Positions 20,065 through 27,452 of a stretch of 41,960 bases of DNA are shown piece by piece (the stretch's first letter is position 1; each line of letters starts with the position of its first letter). The notes under the pieces are model-generated. The model saw only the letters and a list, made by a program, of their open reading frames with translations. It had not been told where the DNA came from and made no database searches. Source of the stretch: Promethearchaeota archaeon (GTDB lineage: Archaea; Asgardarchaeota; Thorarchaeia; Thorarchaeales; Thorarchaeaceae); NCBI GenBank assembly GCA_014728035.1, contig WJMJ01000072.1, forward strand, positions 1 to 41,960, given 5' to 3'. A program made the position numbers and the translations under genes.

Positions 20065-20904
20065 ATGCCAGTTGTGATACAAATCGAAAAGAGTGATATT
20101 AAACGACTTGAAACTGCACTATGTCGTACCCCCTCCGCTCAATCTACAAAACCTACTAGTAAATATGAAGCATTTCGCTTGAAGATTGCAAATGGCACTG
20201 TTGTCTGTTATACAAGTGGAAAGGTTGTAATCACGGGAGCTGGACCAGTTGATATAGTCAAGGACACCATTGTGAATCTGGGGGTCCGTGATACAAGCTC
20301 TCGTTTTATTCTTGGATCAGATGAAGCTGGTAAAGGTGAATGGTTAGGACCTCTTGTTGTTTCTGCAGTGGTATTGACTCCAGAACAAACAACAAAACTT
20401 CGAGCAGATGGTGTAATGGATAGTAAGAATCTTTCACTTAGACGAATTGCAGCGCTAGCCCAACGAATCAAAGCAAATGCAGAATTTTTTGAAACTGTCC
20501 TTATCGCACCTGAAAAGTTCAACAAGATGTTTCGGGACATGCATGAAGAGAATAAGAATCTCAATGACCTACTGGCCTGGGCTCATGCAAAAGCTATCTC
20601 TCAGGCACTAAAGAGATTGGATTCTCGCGATGTAAAGATTGTAATTGATGAATTTTCAAGATTTAAGACTAATCAACGTCTTAGTAGAGTGCTTGATGTA
20701 GATAAATTCGAAATAGTCCAGAAGCCAAGAGCCGAGGAGAATATCTCTGTTGCTGCAGCAAGCATTATCGCACGTGACGCCAGAGAAGAATGGATTGATC
20801 GAGCTAGTACTCGTTTAGCTATAGAACTTAAGTCCTTGACACGGTCGAAGGCCAAGACACATCCAAAACGTTCCAAGTTCGCTAAGACCGACTGGCTGAA
20901 ATAG
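20065..20904 (+). CDS. rnhC: Ribonuclease HIII-like enzyme (type 2 RNase H with N-terminal TBP-like domain)
   Basis: N-terminal YTSGKVVITG, GSDEAGKGEWLGPLVV, GVMDSK, NLNDLLAWAH, IVIDEF, VAAASIIAR. Confidence 0.8.
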   Translation: MPVVIQIEKSDIKRLETALCRTPSAQSTKPTSKYEAFRLKIANGTVVCYTSGKVVITGAGPVDIVKDTIVNLGVRDTSSRFILGSDEAGKGEWLGPLVVSAVVLTPEQTTKLRADGVMDSKNLSLRRIAALAQRIKANAEFFETVLIAPEKFNKMFRDMHEENKNLNDLLAWAHAKAISQALKRLDSRDVKIVIDEFSRFKTNQRLSRVLDVDKFEIVQKPRAEENISVAAASIIARDAREEWIDRASTRLAIELKSLTRSKAKTHPKRSKFAKTDWLK

Positions 20905-20907
20905 AAT

Positions 20908-20946
20908 AAATATCGATACATCGAAATATATCGATATATTTATAAT
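20908..20946 (+). promoter_or_regulatory. Putative ArsR operator overlapping the acr3 TATA box
   Basis: Perfect 18-bp palindrome AAATATATCGATATATTT (20924-20941), three ATCGA units in 20908-20941, and overlapping TTTATAAT. Confidence 0.65.
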
Positions 20947-20978
20947 AATATGGGCTGGAACCTGTTTTGTGTATAAAG

Positions 20979-22061
20979 ATGGCTGAACCTGAGAGACCTG
21001 GCCTCAGTATGTTGGATAAATTGTTACCTGTCTGGATTCTGATTGCCATGGCTATTGGAATTCTTATGGGATATTTTACACCTGGTTTTGCACAAGTTCT
21101 TAATGCGTGGAGTTTTGGTACTGTTTCAATACCAATAGCTATTGGACTTTTGTGGATGATGTATCCCGTACTTGCAAAAGTGAAATACGAGGAACTAGGA
21201 AAACTTCGTGAAGAGAAGAAGATGTTTGGAGTTTCATTGGGTCTCAACTGGTTGATTGGTCCCCTCCTTATGTTTGTACTAGCATGGATATTTCTACCTG
21301 ATTTACCAGATTACCGTGTGGGACTAATCCTTGTAGGATTGGCAAGGTGTATCGCGATGGTTTTGATCTGGAATATGATGGCTGGCGGGTGTAGTGAGTC
21401 ATGTGCAGTTCTTGTAGCAATCAATTCTATCATGCAGATCTTACTCTACAGCTTTGAAGCGTGGTTCTATGTTACATTTTTGTCATCACTGATTGATCCT
21501 AGTCTGACTACCGTGGTAAACATTTCAATTATTGACATTGCAGTAAGTGTTATCATCTTTCTAGGTATTCCATTGATTGCTGGTATTATCACTAGATTTG
21601 TCTTAGTTCGCCAGAAAGGTGTTGAGTGGTACGATGAAACTTTTGCTCCACGATTAGGGCCATTAGCTCTCATTGGACTATTGTTCACGATTGTAGTTAT
21701 GTTTTCTCTGCAAGGAGATGTGATTCTATCCCTCCCCTTTGATGTACTGAGAATATCACTACCACTTCTTGCCTATTTCATGTTGATGTTCTTTGTTTCA
21801 TTCTTTATTGCAAAACGATTGAATTTCAATTATGATAAAAATGTCACAATTTCGTTTACAGCAGCTAGTAATAATTTTGAGTTGGCCATAGCGGTTGCGA
21901 TTGGGGTATTCGGGATTAGTTCAGGACAGGCTCTAGCAGCTGTTGTTGGGCCTCTTATCGAGGTACCTGTATTAATCGGTCTAGTCTATGTGTCTCTTTG
22001 GTTAGGTCGAAAATTCTATGACCGTGAACCAGGAGATCCTATTGTATGTGACACTGATTAG
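20979..22061 (+). CDS. acr3: ACR3-family arsenite efflux transporter
   Basis: MMYPVLAKV, LNWLIGP, GLARCIAMV, SFTAASNNFELAIAVA, VVGPLIEVP. Confidence 0.96.
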   Translation: MAEPERPGLSMLDKLLPVWILIAMAIGILMGYFTPGFAQVLNAWSFGTVSIPIAIGLLWMMYPVLAKVKYEELGKLREEKKMFGVSLGLNWLIGPLLMFVLAWIFLPDLPDYRVGLILVGLARCIAMVLIWNMMAGGCSESCAVLVAINSIMQILLYSFEAWFYVTFLSSLIDPSLTTVVNISIIDIAVSVIIFLGIPLIAGIITRFVLVRQKGVEWYDETFAPRLGPLALIGLLFTIVVMFSLQGDVILSLPFDVLRISLPLLAYFMLMFFVSFFIAKRLNFNYDKNVTISFTAASNNFELAIAVAIGVFGISSGQALAAVVGPLIEVPVLIGLVYVSLWLGRKFYDREPGDPIVCDTD

Positions 22062-22078
22062 AATTCAAGAATGCGGCA

Positions 22079-22369
22079 TTAACTAAGTGCCGCCGCTACC
22101 TTTTTTGTCTGACTGATCAAGTTCAGAATCTTATCGTTAGCAATTGAATACAGTTTCCTCTGACCATCCCGTCTGACATGTAGGATTCCTGCTTGGACCA
22201 GTTGGGTCAAGTAAGCTGAAACCGTAGATTGAGAAAGCCCAATCGAAGGGAAGATATCGCATTGGCATAGTTCTCCATCAATCAGGGTTTCTACGATCTG
22301 TAATCTAACTGGATTACTAAGTGCCTTATGAAACTGGACTCTCCATTCTTCCTGTGCTGCTTCTTTCAT
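22079..22369 (-). CDS. arsR: ArsR/SmtB-family transcriptional regulator
   Basis: KALSNPVRLQI, GELCQCDI metal site, SQSTVS HTH. Convergent with acr3. Confidence 0.9.
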   Translation of the reverse strand: MKEAAQEEWRVQFHKALSNPVRLQIVETLIDGELCQCDIFPSIGLSQSTVSAYLTQLVQAGILHVRRDGQRKLYSIANDKILNLISQTKKVAAALS

Positions 22370-22503
22370 GGCTCACACATCATTTCTTTACACCACATCT
22401 ATTCTAAAATGTGTTTCATTCCATCAAGTACCTATTATGGAGGCTGGAGCAATGCATCAGAACAACACTATTAGTATTACTCATCACATTATAAACATCG
22501 ATA

Positions 22504-23637
22504 TTGGTCGTGGTGCAAATCGTGAGTATTGAAGTATTCTATATTAATCTCTTCGCGTCTTTTTTTATGCTATGCATTTACGTATCACTGATTGCTATCT
22601 CCTTTAAGCAATACAAGTTATGGGACTACAGACCAATACTCTTAGTTGCATTTGGGATGCTGCTGTTATCTATTTCTGCATTTCTTGATCTGATTACTCG
22701 TTATTCTCCAGACAATCCAATATGCCTTGTTGATATATCTCTTAGACTATCTGGTATTTGTTTCTATGTTGCTGCATTTTTGATTTTTAGAGCCCTTTTA
22801 GAATCTCAACCAGAAACACCTTGGAATCGGTTGAATATCTACTCATTTCTATACGGGGGAATGTGCCTTTTGTACGTTCTACCCGCATACGTCTGGGTAT
22901 CTTTTGATGTTACAAGTGGTATCTGGATTATTCTTTCAGACACAGTATTTTTTCCTATTCTCAATACACTAACGGCCTTACCAGCTCTCGAGATTCTATT
23001 GCTGGTCCTAAGAAGGTTGAAACGGGTTTCAATGGGGTCTACAGCTATTAGGTCTTTCATGATGTTGGGAGCTGGTAGTTTGATAGCATTCTTAGGATCT
23101 GGAATCCTGTTTATCTTCCCGAATATCATAGGTATGACACTATCTAATATCTCACTTGCAATTTCTGTTGCGATGGTCATCTATTCATTAGCAAGTGCTC
23201 CATTATTTCTATCATTATCTTCAAGTGTTCTATATAGAATAATAATAGCATCAAATGCTGATTCTAGTATCCCCCTTGCATCTGTTGATTGGTTTGATAG
23301 GTCCATGACAACACCAGAGTTGACATCAGCTGCACTGCATGGGGCATCGATCCTTCTCAATGAAATTACCTCCACTAATGAGATCAATGAGGCTATTAGC
23401 AGAATCAAGCTACGGTCTCGTGAGGTTATAATTGAAAGAACTGACCATTTTACTGGATATCTTGTTGCAGAGAATCCTGACAAAGTGTGTCATATTGCAC
23501 TAAAACGAATCACTAGAATTTACGAAGAACGTTATGGCTCTTCTGGTGGTCTTCCAGCTCATATACCTATATCCCAGGACGAGTTTGTTTCTGATATTTT
23601 ATCTGTGTTCTCGTTTTCATACCAACTTCCCGAATAA
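22504..23637 (+). CDS. Seven-TM membrane protein with C-terminal longin-like domain
   Basis: Seven hydrophobic segments, then LYRIII...IPL...ELTSAALHG..ILLNEI...ISRIKL..REVIIE...GYLVA...ALKRITRIYEERY (beta-beta-alpha-beta-beta-beta-alpha pattern). Confidence 0.72.
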   Translation: MVVVQIVSIEVFYINLFASFFMLCIYVSLIAISFKQYKLWDYRPILLVAFGMLLLSISAFLDLITRYSPDNPICLVDISLRLSGICFYVAAFLIFRALLESQPETPWNRLNIYSFLYGGMCLLYVLPAYVWVSFDVTSGIWIILSDTVFFPILNTLTALPALEILLLVLRRLKRVSMGSTAIRSFMMLGAGSLIAFLGSGILFIFPNIIGMTLSNISLAISVAMVIYSLASAPLFLSLSSSVLYRIIIASNADSSIPLASVDWFDRSMTTPELTSAALHGASILLNEITSTNEINEAISRIKLRSREVIIERTDHFTGYLVAENPDKVCHIALKRITRIYEERYGSSGGLPAHIPISQDEFVSDILSVFSFSYQLPE

Positions 23638-23736
23638 ACTTGGATGATAAGTTACAACAATTAACCTATCTGAGCGTTTTGAGTGGCAAACTATAATAAC
23701 CTTCAGATAGATAATATACTGTTTGGAGGGAAAACA

Positions 23737-23925
23737 GTGAAGCGTTCTCCAGGAACGGAGGCGGATTCTGCCCCTAGGTTGAAAAGAGATATAGAAAATC
23801 TCGATTTGCAAGCACTCTATATGGAGTATCTCAAGAAGCTTGAGAAAAAACTTAGTGCGCCAGATGCTGACCTTACCGAATTGGGCATATTCAATCCTCG
23901 CTGTATGAAGAAAGTTTGCAAGTAA
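23737..23925 (+). CDS. Small hypothetical protein (62 aa)
   Basis: GTG at 23737 preceded by GGAGG. Amphipathic helix LQALYMEYLKKLEKKL and C-terminal CMKKVCK. Confidence 0.5.
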   Translation: MKRSPGTEADSAPRLKRDIENLDLQALYMEYLKKLEKKLSAPDADLTELGIFNPRCMKKVCK

Positions 23926-24110
23926 TTTCTGATTATTGGTTGTATGGAAGTTACGTGTATGGTTCATATAAAGAGGTCTGAAATCTTTACTTCCAACCCT
24001 ATACAAACCTGTCCAAATTCTAAAAAATGAAAATCTACGAATTAACCAGAACATTCAAATTCTTCTTGAATTGCTGTCCCTCTAACCCGAATCTATCGTG
24101 AGGCCAATTC

Positions 24111-25658
24111 ATGACAAAAGACGGCTTTGAAGAGCTTAAGAAGAAGCGTGAAGAATTACTGAAAGCTGGTGGAGAAGCAAGAATCAAGCGCCAGCATGAC
24201 AAAGGAAAATATACCGCTCGTGAGCGGATTGAGAAGTTCCTTGATCCTGGCTCATTTGTCGAAATTGATGAATTTGTGGTACATCGAGAGACCGAATTTG
24301 GAATGGATAAGAAGACCATTCTTGGTGATGGTGTAATCACCGGCTATGGAACCGTAAACGGTCGTAAAGTGTTTGTCTTCAGTCAGGACTTTACTGTATT
24401 TGGTGGTTCTCTAGCTGAGATGTATGGTTTGAAAATCTGTAAGGTCATGGACATGGCTCTTGAAACTGGTGCCCCAGTAATCGGCTTCAATGATAGTGGT
24501 GGAGCAAGAATACAAGAGGGTGTAAAGTCTCTCGCTAGTTATTGCTGGATATTCCGTCGAAATACTCATGCGAGTGGAGTCATTCCCCAAATATCTGCAA
24601 TCATGGGCCCCTGTGCTGGCGGTGCTGTTTATAGTCCGGCCGTTACCGATTTCACCTTCATGGTCAAAGAGACCTCTCATATGTTCATCACTGGACCTGA
24701 AGTCATCAAGACGGTCACAGGAGAAGAGGTCAGTTTTGAAGAATTGGGTGGAGCTATGACTCATAACTCTGTAAGTGGGGTCTCTCACTTTGCTAGCGAA
24801 GATGAGGATGAATGTATTGCCCAACTTCGAACCCTGCTCAGTTACATACCAAGCAATAACATGGAAGATCCACCAAGAATTGACACAGGACACTCTCCTG
24901 ATGATGTCGATGAGTCAATTGATGAGGTCGTACCAGAAGATCCAAACAAACCATATGATATGCGTGAAGTCATTACAAAGCTTGTGGATAATGGTGAATT
25001 CTTTGAGGTCCATGAGCACTGGGCAAAGAACATGACCGTTGGGTTTGCCAGATTTGATGGGCGTTCAGTAGGTATTGTCGGAAATAATCCTGCACACTTA
25101 GCTGGAACCATCAACATAGATGCATCCGATAAATGCTCACGTTTTGTCAGATTCTGTGATGCTTTCAATATCCCTGTTATCACATTCATGGATGTGCCAG
25201 GTTATCTTCCAGGCACTGAACAGGAATGGGGTGGTATCATCCGTCATGGTGCAAAGATACTCTATGCTTATGCTGAAGCAACTGTTCCACTGATTACGAT
25301 CATTACACGAAAGGGATACGGAGGAGCATACGATGTTATGTCCTCTCGTCACATTGGTGCAGATCAGGTCTATGCTTGGCCTACTGCTGAGATTGCTGTG
25401 ATGGGTCCAGATGGTGCTATCAATATCGTGTTCAGAAAAGAGTTAGCAAAGGCTGAAGATAAGGTTGCAAAGAAAGCCGAATTAGTTGCAAACTACAGAG
25501 AGAAGTTTGCTAATCCGTATATTGCTGCGGGACTTGGCTACATCGATAAGGTCATCTTCCCCCATGAGACTCGAAAACTCATCTGTCAGGGACTCGATAT
25601 TCTCTCAACAAAGAGACAGACCCGTCCACCAAAGAAGCATGGAAACATTCCACTGTAA
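24111..25658 (+). CDS. pccB: Acyl-CoA carboxyltransferase (propionyl-CoA carboxylase beta / transcarboxylase 12S / methylmalonyl-CoA decarboxylase alpha family)
   Basis: [66 protein letters not shown]. Confidence 0.95.
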   Translation: MTKDGFEELKKKREELLKAGGEARIKRQHDKGKYTARERIEKFLDPGSFVEIDEFVVHRETEFGMDKKTILGDGVITGYGTVNGRKVFVFSQDFTVFGGSLAEMYGLKICKVMDMALETGAPVIGFNDSGGARIQEGVKSLASYCWIFRRNTHASGVIPQISAIMGPCAGGAVYSPAVTDFTFMVKETSHMFITGPEVIKTVTGEEVSFEELGGAMTHNSVSGVSHFASEDEDECIAQLRTLLSYIPSNNMEDPPRIDTGHSPDDVDESIDEVVPEDPNKPYDMREVITKLVDNGEFFEVHEHWAKNMTVGFARFDGRSVGIVGNNPAHLAGTINIDASDKCSRFVRFCDAFNIPVITFMDVPGYLPGTEQEWGGIIRHGAKILYAYAEATVPLITIITRKGYGGAYDVMSSRHIGADQVYAWPTAEIAVMGPDGAINIVFRKELAKAEDKVAKKAELVANYREKFANPYIAAGLGYIDKVIFPHETRKLICQGLDILSTKRQTRPPKKHGNIPL

Positions 25659-25680
25659 AATGAATTAGTAGTTCAGAGGG

Positions 25681-25713
25681 AGGGAACTCTAGTTCCCTTT
25701 TCTTACTCTTTTT
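25681..25713 (+). terminator. Stem-loop plus T-tract after pccB
   Basis: AGGGAAC-TCTA-GTTCCCT followed by TTTCTTACTCTTTTT. Confidence 0.7.
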
Positions 25714-25730
25714 GCGTGAAAACTTATATG

Positions 25731-26238
25731 CACAAAATTCCAGCGAGTGGTTATCATGTCTAGCGATTATTCCAAACCTTGGTATGTCCGTTTCCTGACG
25801 GATCATAAAGAGGACCTATCTAGTCGATAGAAGGTTAGCTGGAATGTGTGAAAATCTTCGGACATGAGTCTGTTTTGTGAGAACTTCACCAACCGGAAAA
25901 CCAGTTCGGATTCTATGATATGGTCGGCCACCAATCTGTAGAATCTGAGTAAAGCCTACTACAATGCTAGTTAGTATCTAGGCTATCACCTAATACAATT
26001 CCAGAGTATCCGTGTTCCCATGATCTGATTTGAGTTCGATAAGACAAAATCGGGGAGGATAATCTGAGCGTGTCCCTGAGCTCGAAAATCGGTTCGGTCT
26101 GGTCATCAGATACATGGATTGGGAAAAAAGGAGGTGAACAACAAGTGAAACGAAATTACTCAAACCATCTGGGATCTATCCCGATTCCAAATCAGACAAG
26201 AGTACCAATGGGAATAGTGTATCTTCCCATTTGTACTC
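25731..26238 (+). ncRNA. Candidate structured non-coding RNA or non-autonomous element (unassigned)
   Basis: About 500 nt with no convincing ORF, many nested stems whose G-U pairs favour the + strand, TATA-like CTTATATG at 25723-25730, and a strong hairpin at the 3' end. Confidence 0.4.
26200..26238. terminator. Long stem-loop immediately downstream of the M3 peptidase stop (possibly bidirectional)
   Basis: GAGTAC-C-AATGGGAA-(9 nt)-TTCCCATT-T-GTACTC. Confidence 0.6.
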
Positions 26239-26246
26239 GATTCTTC

Positions 26247-27327
26247 TTATTCCCCGATTCCCAATGAACGTAGAAATGCTTCGTTATTCGATTCGCGACC
26301 AAGGAATTCCTTGACCATCTCATCAGGGTCTCGGCTTCCGCCAGGTGCAAGGATGGTTTCACGATATTCAAGCCCTGTTTCTTCATCCATAAACCCATTC
26401 TTCTCAAATTTTGTGAACAGATCTTCTGCATAGACCTTTGACCAGAGATAGCTGTAATATCCCGCGGCATAGCTACTCATTATGTGTCCGAATCCAGCAT
26501 CTGGAGTCGTATTTTCAATTCTATCGAAACCTGTGATTTCCTCAAATAGGTCTAGGAATGCCTCTGTTGTGTTTTTTGCGCCTTTTGTATGGTATAGCAT
26601 ATCAATTGAAGCGTAGAACACTTGTCTAAGTTGGAAACACCCGATATTGAGTAATTTGGCTTCAATCATCTTCTTCAGAGTTTCACTGGGTAGTTTCTTT
26701 TCTGAATCTTCGTAGTGACCTGAGAGCAGCTCCAGTATCTCTTCCTTCCAAGCCCAGTTTTCAAGCATTTGGGACGGCACTTCAATGAAATCGGGTAAAA
26801 CACCTTCAAGTCCAAATCGTGCATATTTTGGCTTTCCAGTAACCACATGAATTAGGTGGCCGAACTGGAACTTTGGTTGTTATCTCATTGATCACTCGAT
26901 TGAATTCGGATTGCAATACTGAGATGTTGTTGGCAATCTCAAGAAACTCCATTCCCTTTTCCTTTTCCTTCTCAAGTGCCGCACCTCTATGACGGAACTC
27001 ATCTAGTGTTCTCTCTAGTAAGAGTTTCTCTTCAGAGTCGTAACTATCCTTCTGTGGCTCAAGTCTAACAAGTACTTGATAGATATCCCTTCTATCCTTA
27101 TCTGTTGAAACATATTTGAGAAATTCAATTGGTCCACAGGTTTCGCGAACAGTTGCAAATGCCTCCTCGAATTGTAAAAGGGTGTCTTGACTCTCCTCGC
27201 CCTCAGGAGTATTTGCTATCTCATCGAGCTGTTTCCTGACCGTTTCAATGGTATTCTCAGCGTTTGTGTACATTTCTTCCGGATCGATTCTCCAATCCAA
27301 CTTCCGGATAGTCCTTTGGTCACTCAT
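26247..27327 (-). pseudogene. M3A (thimet oligopeptidase-like) metallopeptidase, internally deleted and frameshifted
   Basis: The C-terminal part has FGHLIH, DFIEVPSQMLENW, FGHIMSSYAAGYYSYLWS, YRETILAPGGS, FLGRESN. The N-terminal part is in another frame. Total about 1.08 kb, far shorter than an intact M3A gene; the HE of HEFGH is missing at the junction (~26866). Confidence 0.88.
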
Positions 27328-27452
27328 AGTTTTGATTTGGATATCTCTTCATATTTAAGATGAACCAGTTCGGCATAAAAGTCAATCAAAATCTGGTTTT
27401 TGTACAAAATATTTAATTCTATTCTATATAACCAACTTTCGGTGTTCGTGGA

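Noticed and set aside
25756-25830. Leaderless 24-aa ORF MSSDYSKPWYVRFLTDHKEDLSSR at TATA-appropriate distance
   Set aside because: Too short, no recognisable homology, and many stops downstream in frame; cannot be supported as a CDS.
26103-26109. CUGAUGA on the minus strand suggesting a hammerhead ribozyme
   Set aside because: No stem II followed by GAAA and no matching stem III/cleavage triplet; G-U pairs favour the opposite strand.
25700-26250. RNase P RNA, SRP RNA or group II intron as the identity of the structured intergenic region
   Set aside because: No GAGGAAAGUCC or ACAGAA..GGCUUA (RNase P), no SRP helix-8 CAGG..GGAA..AGCA motif, and no domain V signature on either strand.
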